From NCBI GenBank assembly GCA_964559075.1, contig CAZLGJ010000002.1, positions 1-50,570 of the forward strand: DNA of 50,570 nucleotides, in the 5' to 3' direction. The position numbers and the translations under genes were made by a program. Positions 1 to 10,156 of the stretch are shown one piece after another. The notes beneath the pieces were generated by a model. It worked only from the letters and a program-made list of their open reading frames with translations. It was not told where the DNA came from and did no database searches. This DNA is from an uncultured Glaciecola sp. Lineage in GTDB: Bacteria > Pseudomonadota > Gammaproteobacteria > Enterobacterales > Alteromonadaceae. Each line of letters starts with the position of its first letter. Within the stretch, counting starts at the first letter, position 1.

Positions 1-256
1 TGTGTGCGCCACCGTGCAGTAGGTCTTCACGCTTGAGGTAAAGTTTGACTTTGGGGTTGGATACGAGGTTACGCGTCAGGGTCATTGCCGTTGGGCGTCC
101 TGCATAATCGTGTAACAAATCGCTAAATTCTTGTTTGAATGCCGGATCGTCTTTGGCATCCAAAAAGGCTTTTTCGAGCTGATCCAAGGCTGGGATCAAC
201 AGCTCGGGTACATACATACCACCAAACTCGCCAAATTTGCTGTCTAATTGATTCAT
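1..256 (-). CDS. trpB: Tryptophan synthase beta chain, N-terminal part (runs off the window edge)
   Basis: Not in the ORF track. Manual translation from ATG at 256 gives [24 protein letters not shown]...[15 protein letters not shown], a typical TrpB N-terminus; AGAGG RBS upstream; follows trpCF. Confidence 0.96.
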   Translation of the reverse strand, partial: MNQLDSKFGEFGGMYVPELLIPALDQLEKAFLDAKDDPAFKQEFSDLLHDYAGRPTAMTLTRNLVSNPKVKLYLKREDLLHGGAH

Positions 257-348
257 GGTCTGTGCCTCTTTTATGCCTTATCTGAGTATCAACCGTAGAT
301 TCGGGCTAATGCTATCATTGTCTTCATTACGTTTTGATTATAACGTCA

Positions 349-1746
349 TTAGTAACGTCGTAGCTCGTTGAACACGCGCTCAACAAGCTGTATATCTTTA
401 TTGCCCGGTGCAGATTCTACCCCAGAATTGACATCCATGAGGTCAGCGCAGGTACGACTGGCTGTAACCGCTTGGGCGATATTATCTGGGGTTAATCCTC
501 CCGCTAGTGCAACAGGTAGTTCAGTCTCCACAGTTTGAAGCAACTGCCAGTCAAATGACTGACCGGTTCCGCCGCTTTGCGCACCGACTTTGCAATCTAG
601 CAGTATACGCTCAACCGGTGCACGAGGAAAGGCTGGCAGCGAATCGCTCACGCCAAGTGCGCGCCAAATTTGACACTCCTGCGGCAGCACTTCGCGCAGC
701 GCCAGTATATAGTCATCATCCTCAGTACCGTGTAGCTGCACAGCACTAAGCGCTAGTGTTGTCGCCATATCTTCGACTTGCGCCACAGGCGCATCGGCAA
801 ACACCCCAACATAGTGGCCCGGTGCAGCTTGGGTAATGTGTTGTGCTTGCGCGAGAGACACCTTGCGCTTTGATTGCTCAGCAAAGATCAGACCCAGGTA
901 AGATACTGGGCGTTGCCATAGTGCTTGGGCTTGTTCAGGCTGTGTGATCCCGCATACTTTGACCGTGCCATATACCAGTTGATTTACGGCACGCTGTAAG
1001 TCAGCCTGGGCCATCAGTGAACTGCCTACCAAAAAGCCATCCACAAGCGGCGCTAGGCGCGCAACGTCTTGACGGGTATAAATGCCAGACTCCGAAATTA
1101 ATACGCCGGTGTGGCCCAGTGACTTGATCAAAGGCACTAGGGTTTCTGTGGCGCCTAAATCGGCGGACAAATCACGCAAGTTACGGTTGTTGATGCCGAT
1201 GATTTTGGCACCTAGGGCAACCGCACGATGTGCTTCTTCTTCGTTGGATACTTCGGTGAGCACATCTAGCGCAAGTTCATCCGCGACCATATGAAGCGCG
1301 CGATATTCCGTATCGGTCAAGACTGACAGCATCAACAAAATCGCATCAGCGTTGTGATAGCGAGCGCGATACACCTGATACTCGTTGACAAAAAAGTCTT
1401 TGTTGAGCACCGGAATATCGACGTGTTCGGTCACATAGTCTAGATAGTCATAAGTGCCTTGGAAATACTTCTCATCAGTTAATACAGACAGTGCGGCAGC
1501 CTCAGTGGTGTAGGCTGCAAGGATTTCATCCAAATCAAACACTGGACGAATTAAGCCCTTTGAAGGCGAGGCTTTTTTGCACTCAAAAATATAACCGGCA
1601 TTGGGCTGAGATAACGCCTCAAATAAACTCTTGGTAGACGGCACGAGGTTTGCTTTGACCTGTGTAAGCGGCAACGCAGCCTCAAGTGCGACGAGCTCAG
1701 TGCGCTTATCAATGACAATTTGTTCTAATACATTAGGCATGCTCAT
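349..1746 (-). CDS. trpCF: Bifunctional indole-3-glycerol-phosphate synthase / phosphoribosylanthranilate isomerase
   Basis: IFECKKASPSKG, KDFF, GINNRNL and SESGI (IGPS), then VKVCGIT, VQLHG, GGTG, LAGGL and DVNSGVE (PRAI). Start moved to ATG 1746 (or 1740), just after the trpD stop. Confidence 0.96.
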   Translation of the reverse strand: MSMPNVLEQIVIDKRTELVALEAALPLTQVKANLVPSTKSLFEALSQPNAGYIFECKKASPSKGLIRPVFDLDEILAAYTTEAAALSVLTDEKYFQGTYDYLDYVTEHVDIPVLNKDFFVNEYQVYRARYHNADAILLMLSVLTDTEYRALHMVADELALDVLTEVSNEEEAHRAVALGAKIIGINNRNLRDLSADLGATETLVPLIKSLGHTGVLISESGIYTRQDVARLAPLVDGFLVGSSLMAQADLQRAVNQLVYGTVKVCGITQPEQAQALWQRPVSYLGLIFAEQSKRKVSLAQAQHITQAAPGHYVGVFADAPVAQVEDMATTLALSAVQLHGTEDDDYILALREVLPQECQIWRALGVSDSLPAFPRAPVERILLDCKVGAQSGGTGQSFDWQLLQTVETELPVALAGGLTPDNIAQAVTASRTCADLMDVNSGVESAPGNKDIQLVERVFNELRRY

Positions 1747-1747
1747 T

Positions 1748-2776
1748 CTATGCTGATTCCTGTGGTGTCTGGCTGAGCTGGGCGGCGGTAGCAATCGTTG
1801 TAAAGGGGAGGCCTTTGGCGATGGCATCTAAAGCCAAATCCGCGCCTTGTCGATAAGACTCAGCTGCGCCGGTTAAATATAATAACGCACCAGCGTTCAT
1901 GGCAATCGCGTGCATGTGCGCGGCTGCGCCTTGGCCTTTGAAGACCGCTTCGATGGCGGCTTTGTTCTCTTCTGGCGTGCCGCCGACAATCGCTTCTAGC
2001 GGCGCTGTTGGTAAACCAAAATCCGCCGGTGTGACGACGCTTTCGGTCATATTATCCCCGTTAATTTCGACCACTTGGGTTGAGCCATGCAGGGCAAACT
2101 CATCTAAACCGCTGCCGTGGACAATTAAAGCGCGTTCATGCTCGAGTAACTGCAGCGTTTGCGCATACGGAATCAGTAGCTCTGGTGTATACACGCCCAT
2201 CACTGAATGGGTCGGTTTAGCAGGGTTAGCAAGCGGGCCAAGGATATTAAAGATAGTACGGGTTTTGAGCTCAGTGCGTACCGGCATCGCGTGTTTCACA
2301 CCCGCGTGATACACAGGCGCAAATAAGAAACACAGGTTGCTCTGATCCAAACACTGGCGCGCAGTGGCCGGACTGTGCATTAAATCATAGCCAAAAGCGT
2401 TAAACAAATCAGCTGAGCCAGACTGGCTCGAGACGCTGCGATTGCCGTGTTTGGCAACTGCTACTCCGCAGCTAGCGGCAACTACGGCTGCAGCACTGGA
2501 AATGTTGATGGTGTTGTGACCATCGCCACCGGTACCCACAATATCGGCAAAGGGGCGATCAGGGCATGGAAATGGCGTCGCATGTTCGACCATGGCTTGC
2601 GCCGCACCGGCGATTTCTTGCGGGGTTTCGCCTTTTATTTTAAGCGCCATTAACAGCGCTGTGAGGGCTATTTCACTGACGTTACCTTGCATCACTTCGC
2701 TAAACAAAGCGTGACTTTGTGCTTGAGAAAGATCCGCTTGGCTATATAAAGTCTCTAAACTGGCTAAAAACGACAT
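1748..2776 (-). CDS. trpD: Anthranilate phosphoribosyltransferase
   Basis: [22 protein letters not shown] and GSAD motifs; trp operon context. Confidence 0.97.
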   Translation of the reverse strand: MSFLASLETLYSQADLSQAQSHALFSEVMQGNVSEIALTALLMALKIKGETPQEIAGAAQAMVEHATPFPCPDRPFADIVGTGGDGHNTINISSAAAVVAASCGVAVAKHGNRSVSSQSGSADLFNAFGYDLMHSPATARQCLDQSNLCFLFAPVYHAGVKHAMPVRTELKTRTIFNILGPLANPAKPTHSVMGVYTPELLIPYAQTLQLLEHERALIVHGSGLDEFALHGSTQVVEINGDNMTESVVTPADFGLPTAPLEAIVGGTPEENKAAIEAVFKGQGAAAHMHAIAMNAGALLYLTGAAESYRQGADLALDAIAKGLPFTTIATAAQLSQTPQESA

Positions 2777-2785
2777 GTGATTTCC

Positions 2786-3391
2786 TTATGTAACATCTGA
2801 TTGCAGTAAATACGCAATGCTATCACGCAATAGTTGACTGCCGTGATAGGTCAAAATGGACTCGGGATGGAACTGCATACCGAGCATTTTGTCTTGAGCA
2901 TGATGAATGACCATGGGGATGTCGTTGATCTGACCCAATACCGCAAGGGTATCAGGCATTTCACCGGCAACCAAAGAGTGGTAGCGAGCCACTGACATGG
3001 GCTGTGGCATATTGGTAAACATCTTATCGCCGCAGTGTGTTAGCGGTGACGCTTTGCCATGAACCACGGCTTCGGCACGTACCACGGTGCCCCCGTAGTG
3101 TTCGACAATCGCTTGATGGCCTAAACAAATCCCCAGTATTGGATACTCACCAGCGGCGCGAGCGATCACTTCTGGCATGCAGCCAGCGTCACTAGGCGCG
3201 CCCGGACCGGGTGATAACAACAGTAAGGTTGGGCCTTGGCTAGCGCATTGCGCTAATGCTTCAAGCACTGTATCGGCACTTACCGTGTTGCGAAATACCT
3301 GCATATTAAAGTTGAGGGTACGCAGCTCGTCTACTAGGTTGTAAGTAAACGAGTCGACGTTATCGAGCATGACGACCTGATAATTATTCAT
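2786..3391 (-). CDS. trpG: Anthranilate synthase component II (glutamine amidotransferase)
   Basis: LDNVDSFTYNL, LSPGPG, GICLGHQ, RYHSL and QFHPES. ATG at 3391 overlaps the end of trpE (translational coupling). Confidence 0.95.
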   Translation of the reverse strand: MNNYQVVMLDNVDSFTYNLVDELRTLNFNMQVFRNTVSADTVLEALAQCASQGPTLLLLSPGPGAPSDAGCMPEVIARAAGEYPILGICLGHQAIVEHYGGTVVRAEAVVHGKASPLTHCGDKMFTNMPQPMSVARYHSLVAGEMPDTLAVLGQINDIPMVIHHAQDKMLGMQFHPESILTYHGSQLLRDSIAYLLQSDVT

Positions 3392-4961
3392 GCGACTGTC
3401 CTTGTGATTGGATAATTGCCCGCATGACGGCTTGCGCTTTGGCGCGGGTTTCGTCAGCTTCACTTTGCGGCACCGAATCGTGCACGACACCAGCACCAGC
3501 TTGAATATGTGCGATGCCGTGCTGCACAAAGGCAGAGCGGATCACGATGCAGGTGTCCATATTGCCTTGGCCATCGAGATAGCCAACGGCGCCACCATAG
3601 CTGCCGCGCCGCTGTTGTTCGACTGCGCGAATTAATTTTGCTGCAGAGACTTTGGGGGCGCCGACTAAGGTGCCCATATTCATGCAGGCTTGATAGGCGT
3701 GAAGCGCATCAAGCTGGGGTTGGAGTTGACCCACTACGCGAGATACTAAATGCATAACGTGTGAGTACCTGTCGACTTTTAAGAGCTCTTTGACATGGCG
3801 CGTTCCGGGTTGCGACACCCTGGCGACATCATTTCGCGCCAAATCAACCAGCATGATATGTTCGGATTTCTCTTTGATATCTTCGCGTAAATCTAACTCA
3901 ATGCGTCCGTCCAAATCGCGGTCAATGGTGCCATCGGGGCGTTTTCCGCGCGGTCTAGTACCCGCAATCGGGTAGATTTCGACCTGGTTGGTTTGTGCAG
4001 TGTATTTCAGCGCTGATTCGGGCGATGCGCCAAATAAGCTAAATGCTTCGTCGTGCATGTAAAACATATACGGGCTTGGGTTGAGCTGTTTGAGCTCGGC
4101 ATAGGCCAAAATAGGTTCAGGGCAGGGCAGTGAAAACGTGCGCGACGGTACCACTTGAAAAATATCGCCGGCAAGAATGTGCTCTTTGAGTGACAGCACA
4201 TCTTCGCAAAACTCAGCATCACTTTTATCGACCTGAATATCATTATTGCCAAGAGATAAGCGCGGCGCTGGAATTTGCTGCTGTAGATGCGTGGGTTCTT
4301 GCGTAAACGCGTTTACCCAGCGGCGCTGTTGCTCTGCAAACTGGGTGCTCACTTCAACAGACTGGCAGAAGCGGTTTTGGATCACCACGCTCTCACGCTG
4401 CTGATGGTCAATGACACATAAGGTATCAGCGAGATAAAAAACAAAGTCGGGGCAGGTGTTAGCGCCATTGGGGACATCGGGCAAAGCTTCGGCTACCGCA
4501 AATAAATCATAGGCAAAACAGCCGCCCAAAAATATCCCAAATTCTTCTTCGTGAGGAATTTGCGTGACCAAATGACGCAGTACACTAAACACGTTGTCGC
4601 TTTGTAAGCGGGTTTCCTCATCAATATTGGGGTTAGCTGCGGGAAATTCGCATATCATGAGCGCATCGCTTTGTTCAGCAATATATGGCGCTAAGGAATG
4701 CTGCAACAAGTGTAAAGCGGCTCGTCCATTGCTGTTTTGTGCAACGAGTTCGACTCGCTGACCATGACACTCCATGCGGACACAGGCTTGCAGTAGCATG
4801 ATGCTCTTGAGATTGTCTTTGCTGTCGATCTCGGCTGATTCTAACAGCATGGTATTTTGGGTATCGTTGCACATGGCGTAATATTGCGCCAGCGGATCAC
4901 TGCTGTAGGGCACGCTAATCCGTTGTGATGCTACCTGTGTTAAAGCGTGTTCGTTGTTCAC
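3384..4961 (-). CDS. trpE: Anthranilate synthase component I
   Basis: LLESAE (Trp feedback motif), NPSPYMF, PIAGTRPRG, EHIMLVDLARND and QAGAGVV. Probable GTG start at 4961 with AGAGG upstream. Confidence 0.96.
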   Translation of the reverse strand: MNNEHALTQVASQRISVPYSSDPLAQYYAMCNDTQNTMLLESAEIDSKDNLKSIMLLQACVRMECHGQRVELVAQNSNGRAALHLLQHSLAPYIAEQSDALMICEFPAANPNIDEETRLQSDNVFSVLRHLVTQIPHEEEFGIFLGGCFAYDLFAVAEALPDVPNGANTCPDFVFYLADTLCVIDHQQRESVVIQNRFCQSVEVSTQFAEQQRRWVNAFTQEPTHLQQQIPAPRLSLGNNDIQVDKSDAEFCEDVLSLKEHILAGDIFQVVPSRTFSLPCPEPILAYAELKQLNPSPYMFYMHDEAFSLFGASPESALKYTAQTNQVEIYPIAGTRPRGKRPDGTIDRDLDGRIELDLREDIKEKSEHIMLVDLARNDVARVSQPGTRHVKELLKVDRYSHVMHLVSRVVGQLQPQLDALHAYQACMNMGTLVGAPKVSAAKLIRAVEQQRRGSYGGAVGYLDGQGNMDTCIVIRSAFVQHGIAHIQAGAGVVHDSVPQSEADETRAKAQAVMRAIIQSQGQSHE

Positions 4962-5046
4962 CCGGTGTTTCCTCTTGCTCTTTGTCTGAGCCACTGCCTT
5001 AAAAATTCGATAATGGGTATCGAAACGGTTCTGCCGTTTTGGGCAT

Positions 5047-5073
5047 AAAAAAAGCCCGTGATAAACGGGCTTT
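5047..5073 (-). terminator. trp attenuator terminator (3:4 hairpin)
   Basis: Minus strand reads AAAGCCCGT-TTATC-ACGGGCTTT then a T run, between the leader peptide and trpE. Confidence 0.9.
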
Positions 5074-5099
5074 ATGTCATGCGCATGCGAAACACAGCC

Positions 5100-5180
5100 C
5101 TAGAGGGACTGCCACCACCAAACTGCTGTGTTTGACGTAGTTAACGTTGTCTTTTGTGAGTAAGGAGACATGCTGCGCAT
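5100..5180 (-). CDS. trpL: trp operon leader peptide, MRSMSPYSQKTTLTTSNTAVWWWQSL (26 aa)
   Basis: Short ORF with three tandem TGG codons. AAACACAGC/GCTGTGTTT can form 1:2, GGGCT/AGCCC can form 2:3, and the terminator follows. Confidence 0.92.
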   Translation of the reverse strand: MRSMSPYSQKTTLTTSNTAVWWWQSL

Positions 5181-5330
5181 AACCTGTATTTGTTTCAATA
5201 ACTAACTTCTAAATTTGATAAATTTCAAACCTAACAGTACGTTGGCAGCACACATGGCACATAAAGCATTGGTGCTACAAACTTCCTCATATATACTAAT
5301 GATAATTGAAGCAAATGCAATAACCTTTTG

Positions 5331-6179
5331 ATGAAAGTTGATTTACACTCACACACGCACTTTTCTGACGGGCAACTCTCTCCAACAGAGCTTGTTTTGC
5401 GTGCCCACAATCAACAGGTGGACATGCTGGCAATCACCGACCACGACACCACGGCAGGCCTTGCTGAGGCAAGAGCATGTCAGGCAAAACAAAAGCGGGC
5501 GATGACGATTATTGCTGGGGTGGAGATCACCACCAAATGGCACGGATTTGAAATACATATCTTGGGTTTAAATATCGATGACACCTGTGCGACTTTAGCC
5601 TCACATCTGCAGTCACAGTCTGAAATTCGCCATGCGCGCGCTCAAAAAATGAGCGACAAGCTGGCTCGGATAGGCATTGAACATGTTTATGAAGATGCAT
5701 TAGTCAGTGTGGGCAAGGGGCAAATCACGCGTGCCCATTTAGCGCAGGTCTTGTTGGCGCGTAAATTGGTGAGTAATTGGAACGGTGCGTTTACCCAGTA
5801 CTTAGGCAAAGACAAAAAGGCTTATGTTAACGCGCCTTGGCCTGAGATCAGCACGGCGATTGCATGGATCCACGCTGCAGGCGGCACAGCAGTACTCGCG
5901 CACCCCGCTGCATACGACATGAAAAGCAAATGGTTACGCCGTTTATTACGTGATATGGTGGATGCGGGAGCAACCGGGATGGAAGTCACTCATCCAAATA
6001 TGGCGCCACCGAAAAAACAATTTTTAGCGCAATTGGCGCGAGAGTATGGTTTGCAAGCTTCTGTCGGTTCAGACTTTCACGGGCCGAGTCCCTGGACTGA
6101 GTTGGGTCGCAAACTCGATATAGATGCAGATCTTCACACAGTTTGGCAGGATTGGCCCACAAGGATGCAGGTAGCATGA
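5331..6179 (+). CDS. yciV: PHP-domain 5'-3' exonuclease (RNase AM / YciV / TrpH family)
   Basis: DLHSHTHFSDG, AITDHD, GVEI, HILG, LAHP and GSDFH motifs; conserved position divergent from trpL. Confidence 0.88.
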   Translation: MKVDLHSHTHFSDGQLSPTELVLRAHNQQVDMLAITDHDTTAGLAEARACQAKQKRAMTIIAGVEITTKWHGFEIHILGLNIDDTCATLASHLQSQSEIRHARAQKMSDKLARIGIEHVYEDALVSVGKGQITRAHLAQVLLARKLVSNWNGAFTQYLGKDKKAYVNAPWPEISTAIAWIHAAGGTAVLAHPAAYDMKSKWLRRLLRDMVDAGATGMEVTHPNMAPPKKQFLAQLAREYGLQASVGSDFHGPSPWTELGRKLDIDADLHTVWQDWPTRMQVA

Positions 6180-6796
6180 GTCAGTTTTTTTATATCCACC
6201 CCGATACGCCTCAAGCGCGTTTGATTAAACAAACCGTTGAGATCATCAAACAAGGCCATGTCATTGTCTACCCAACCGATTCGGGGTATTCAATTGGTTG
6301 TCAAATGGATAACAAAAGTGCGCTAGAGCAAATTTGTCGCATCCGTCAGCTTAACAAAGACCATAACTTTACCTTGATGTGTCGGGATATGTCGGAGCTC
6401 TCCGAGTATGCGCGCGTGGATAACGTGTCGTTTCGCTTATTAAAAAATAACACGCCGGGACCTTATACCTTTATTTTTAAAGCCACCAAAGAGGTGCCCA
6501 AACGCTTGCAAAATCCGAAGCGTAAGACGATCGGCATTCGCGTGCCAGATAACCCCATAGCACTGGCTATTTTGGAGCAGCTGGGCGAGCCGTTGATGTC
6601 AACGACGCTGATTTTACCGGATCAAGACATGGCCGAGTCCGACCCGGATCACATTCGCGACGTGCTAGAAAAACAAGTAGGTCTGATCATTCACGGCGGC
6701 TATATTGGTGAGCAACCCACCACAGTAATTGATTTATCGGAAGGAGAAGTGCAGATTATTCGCCATGGAAGCGGTGCTATTGAACCATTTGCATAA
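6176..6796 (+). CDS. yciO: Sua5/YciO/YrdC family protein
   Basis: MSQFFYIHPDTPQ.RLI, YPTDSGY, PGPYTF, KRKTIGIRVP and PTTVIDL; ATGA overlap with the upstream gene. Confidence 0.92.
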   Translation: MSQFFYIHPDTPQARLIKQTVEIIKQGHVIVYPTDSGYSIGCQMDNKSALEQICRIRQLNKDHNFTLMCRDMSELSEYARVDNVSFRLLKNNTPGPYTFIFKATKEVPKRLQNPKRKTIGIRVPDNPIALAILEQLGEPLMSTTLILPDQDMAESDPDHIRDVLEKQVGLIIHGGYIGEQPTTVIDLSEGEVQIIRHGSGAIEPFA

Positions 6797-6801
6797 ACGG
6801 T

Positions 6802-7614
6802 ATGAGCGAGTCTAATCACACCATGATCCAGCAGCCTTTGCCCTTGGCATTTGTCAATGGGGAGGCGCTAATCGAAAAACCCGAGGACCTGTTTATTCCG
6901 CCGGATGCGCTCGAGGTGATTTTGGAAACCTTTGAGGGCCCACTAGATCTGCTGCTTTATCTCATCCGCAAACAAAAGCTAGATATTGTTGATTTGCCCG
7001 TCTATGAAATTACCAAGCAGTATATGGCTTACGTTGAGTTGATGCAGGAAGTCAAATTGGAGTTAGCGGCGGAGTATATGCTGATGGCCGCTATATTGGC
7101 TGAAATTAAGTCGCGTTTGTTGTTGCCAAAGCCTCCTGCAGAGGATGATGATGAAGTCGACCCGCGCACTGAACTCATTCGTCGACTGCGCGAATATGAA
7201 GTGATCAAGCAAGCCGCTCAAGAGATTGATGCGCTGCCGCGTTATGGTCGTGATTTTCATCACGCACACGCACAAGCCGCCGATAATATCGAGCCTGAAA
7301 AAATTCACCCGCACGTTGATTTGACCGATATTGTGTTGGCATTTGCACAAGCCATGAAACGCGCCGATGCGTTTGCCCATCATCAGATATCTCGAGAACA
7401 ACTTTCCACGCGGGCGCGGATGTCGGCTATTTTGCAAACCCTCAATGCCGAAGACTTCACACCCTTGACCGACTTGTTTGCGCCTGAAGAGGGCAAGGCC
7501 GGTTGTGTGGTGAGTTTTTTGGCGATTCTAGAACTGGTTAAAGAAGGGCTCTTAGAGTGCATTCAAGCTGCGGCAATGGGAGTGGTAAATGTGAGATTAG
7601 CAAACGGTGCATAA
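6802..7614 (+). CDS. scpA: Segregation and condensation protein A (SMC kleisin)
   Basis: FEGPLDLLLYLI, IKSRLLLP and FLAILEL motifs. Confidence 0.94.
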   Translation: MSESNHTMIQQPLPLAFVNGEALIEKPEDLFIPPDALEVILETFEGPLDLLLYLIRKQKLDIVDLPVYEITKQYMAYVELMQEVKLELAAEYMLMAAILAEIKSRLLLPKPPAEDDDEVDPRTELIRRLREYEVIKQAAQEIDALPRYGRDFHHAHAQAADNIEPEKIHPHVDLTDIVLAFAQAMKRADAFAHHQISREQLSTRARMSAILQTLNAEDFTPLTDLFAPEEGKAGCVVSFLAILELVKEGLLECIQAAAMGVVNVRLANGA

Positions 7615-7617
7615 AGC

Positions 7618-8319
7618 ATGAAGATAAAACATGAACAGCTCAAACAATTGATTGAGGCCGCGATTTTTGTCGCGGATCAGCCATTATCCATTGCCCGTAT
7701 GAAGCAAACTGTGCTGCTTGATTTTACGGTCTCCACCCAAGCGATTAACAAAGTATTGGCTGAATTACGACTAGATTATGAACCGCGCGGGATCGTGCTT
7801 CGTGAAACGGCCAGTGGTTTCCGCTTTCAAACACAGCCGTCGCTCTCTGAATGGCTAGGGCGATTATGGCAAGAAACTGTGCCCAAATACTCACGTGCAC
7901 TGCTTGAAACTCTGGCGTTGATTGCTTATCGACAGCCGATTACCCGCGGCGAGATTGAACAAGTGCGGGGCGTAACGGTGAGCAGCAATATCATGAAAAC
8001 CCTCCAAGAGCGCGACTGGGTGCAGGTGGTGGGCCACAAAGAGGTGCCGGGAAGACCGGCACTGTACGCTACTACGGCGCAATTTTTGGATTTTTTTGGC
8101 TTAACTGCGCTAACAGAACTCCCTGATGTAGAGACGTTTATGGAAGCAATCAATGAGGCGCAACATTTAACGGTTGAGGATGAAGCACAAACGAGCTCCG
8201 CGTCTACACAACAAGGGGAACTGTTAGCAGAAAATAACGACGCGCCGGATAATAATTCTGATATAATGTCACAAGAATTGACAGACAGTCAGCCCGCACC
8301 TCCAGAACAACTTCACTAG
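7618..8319 (+). CDS. scpB: Segregation and condensation protein B
   Basis: IEAAIF, LETLALIAYRQPITRGEIEQVRGV and GRPALYATT..FL..FGL; acidic low-complexity C-terminal tail. Confidence 0.95.
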   Translation: MKIKHEQLKQLIEAAIFVADQPLSIARMKQTVLLDFTVSTQAINKVLAELRLDYEPRGIVLRETASGFRFQTQPSLSEWLGRLWQETVPKYSRALLETLALIAYRQPITRGEIEQVRGVTVSSNIMKTLQERDWVQVVGHKEVPGRPALYATTAQFLDFFGLTALTELPDVETFMEAINEAQHLTVEDEAQTSSASTQQGELLAENNDAPDNNSDIMSQELTDSQPAPPEQLH

Positions 8320-8332
8320 CGATTGAAAACCT

Positions 8333-9274
8333 ATGCCAAAAACATCACCGCCCGTTACCAAGTCATCTTCGCCCACCAAACAGGCAAGCGAACCGGCTTC
8401 CGAAAAACTGCAAAAAATACTGGCCAACGCTGGGGTAGGTTCTCGTCGTGAGATGGAGCGCTGGATCCAAGAGGGACGTGCATCTATCAACGGTAAAACA
8501 GCAAAGCTTGGTGATCGCGCTGTGGTCGGCGATCAAATTCGCGTTGACGGAAACTTAGTTAAATATGACAAAGATGATTTTGTCTGTCGCGTGTTGATGT
8601 ATAACAAGCCTGAGGGAGAGATTTGTACCAATGCTGATCCCGAGGGTCGCGACACCGTGTTTGACCGTCTGCCGCCACTGCGCAATGGTCGTTGGATCGC
8701 TGTGGGTCGCTTAGATATGAATACCAGCGGATTGCTCTTATTCACCAATGACGGTGAATTAGCGAATCGTTTGATGCACCCCAAACATCAGGTGGATCGC
8801 CACTACGCTGTGCGCGTGTTTGGCGCGGTGACACAAGAAATGATCACCCGCTTACTAAAAGGCGTAGAGCTGGATGATGGCCTGGCCAAGTTTGACGAGA
8901 TACGTCTGCGCGTCGCAGCTGAGGACAGTATCAATCAATGGTTTGACGTGCGTTTGGCAGAGGGACGTAACCGTGAAGTACGCCGTTTGTGGGAATCACA
9001 AGAGGTGCAAGTCTCACGCTTAATTCGTTTGCAATACGGCGCGCTCGAATTACCTAAGCGCCTGCCACAAGGGGCATGGGTCGAGGCGGAGCTTACGCAA
9101 GTCAACGCACTGCGTAAAAGCGTCCAGCTACCTGCAGAGACCCAGACGCAGCTCAAAATTAACGAGAACGAGCTTGACCACAAAAAGCTCTCGCAAATGC
9201 GACGTTCGGTTAAAAAACACAAAGATGTTACGCAAAGACAACGCAAGCGCAGTTCGAGTAATTTAAAAAAGTAG
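8333..9274 (+). CDS. rluB: 23S rRNA pseudouridine synthase RluB
   Basis: S4 domain (EKLQKILA.AG.GSRR), YNKPEG, VGRLD.NTSGLLL and EGRNREVRR; downstream of scpB. Confidence 0.92.
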   Translation: MPKTSPPVTKSSSPTKQASEPASEKLQKILANAGVGSRREMERWIQEGRASINGKTAKLGDRAVVGDQIRVDGNLVKYDKDDFVCRVLMYNKPEGEICTNADPEGRDTVFDRLPPLRNGRWIAVGRLDMNTSGLLLFTNDGELANRLMHPKHQVDRHYAVRVFGAVTQEMITRLLKGVELDDGLAKFDEIRLRVAAEDSINQWFDVRLAEGRNREVRRLWESQEVQVSRLIRLQYGALELPKRLPQGAWVEAELTQVNALRKSVQLPAETQTQLKINENELDHKKLSQMRRSVKKHKDVTQRQRKRSSSNLKK

Positions 9275-9326
9275 GCGACTCACTTTCAGTATTAGGTAAA
9301 ATTAGTTTTGAGCCGATTGGTTCGGG

Positions 9327-9812
9327 TTAGAACTTAAATCCTGTTGGATAGCTATGCAAGCCATCAAAATCACCCTTGCTAAGCGGTGCACCATTTTTCC
9401 TAGCAATTGCATACACCATACTGACATGGAACATGTAGTTGGGGATGATGTATTCTAAGATGAAGCGGCTTTGAGGAAGTGATACTTCTGAAAAACCAGC
9501 GGAATCAGAAATTGATTGATTGTCATCAAAATTCGTTACGTCAGGCAATGAATCGACATGTGTCCTAACCTTTTCCACCATTGTTAAGACAGAATCTTTG
9601 CCCGATCCAACGAGTTCATACGAGGCTAAATCAATACCTACCAATGGACAATAACCTCTCAACAAAAAATTAGCTGCAACTTGTGCATTTAATTCAAGAG
9701 AAAACATGCCCTCAGATAATGAGTCAGAGAATACATCATTTGGTGCTTTATTAACGATAACGCTCAGTTGCTTCAAATAACCAAGGAATAATTGCTTTGT
9801 CGAAATGCTAAT
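9327..9812 (-). CDS. DUF1993-family (DinB/YfiT-like) protein; start codon uncertain (ATT at 9812 or TTG at 9776)
   Basis: GMFSL..AQVAANF and C-terminal IPNYMFHVSMVYAIARKNG..LSKGDFDG resemble DUF1993. GGAGG lies 5 nt before an in-frame ATT. Confidence 0.75.
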   Translation of the reverse strand: MSISTKQLFLGYLKQLSVIVNKAPNDVFSDSLSEGMFSLELNAQVAANFLLRGYCPLVGIDLASYELVGSGKDSVLTMVEKVRTHVDSLPDVTNFDDNQSISDSAGFSEVSLPQSRFILEYIIPNYMFHVSMVYAIARKNGAPLSKGDFDGLHSYPTGFKF

Positions 9813-9895
9813 ATTGACCTCCTAAAACCCCGAGCGCTTAGCGTCTGCTATCAGTAGATAGTGAGCACCGAATATCAGATTTTGAAGATATGAAT

Positions 9896-10156
9896 CTAGG
9901 CAGCGAGAATTGCCCACAAAATAGCAACAGTCATAAATACTAAAGCTGCAGAAAACTTATAGAGTGACTTAGGGTGTTTAATGGTGACCTGAATACTGCT
10001 CCCAGCAATAAATAACAGCACAAAGGCGACGATGAAATCAACGAACTGCCAGCGTACTTGTTCAGTCACCAGCATAGCAACTAGAGGGATGCAGAGGATC
10101 GCAGCGGACAAAAATGCCATGCGCTTGAGGTCGACATATTTGGTAAATTCGTCCAT
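9896..10156 (-). CDS. Small membrane protein with about three TM helices, function unknown
   Basis: AAGGA RBS, three hydrophobic segments, IPLVAM.VTEQV.W.FVDF pattern. Confidence 0.7.
   Translation of the reverse strand: MDEFTKYVDLKRMAFLSAAILCIPLVAMLVTEQVRWQFVDFIVAFVLLFIAGSSIQVTIKHPKSLYKFSAALVFMTVAILWAILAA

Noticed and set aside
289-327. Minus-strand 12-codon ORF MKTMIALARIYG between trpCF and trpB
   Set aside because: No RBS, no Trp codons and no downstream terminator; expected by chance.
1747-1827. N-terminal extension of the trpCF ORF; likewise the longer ORF-track starts for trpG, bdhA, yciO, dnaJ, carA and recN
   Set aside because: The extensions overlap neighbouring genes or regulatory sites, and downstream starts have better RBSs and match family N-termini.
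5225-5245. Possible TrpR operator (AGTAC half-site) upstream of trpL
   Set aside because: Only one half-site; the GTACT-N8-AGTAC symmetry is absent.
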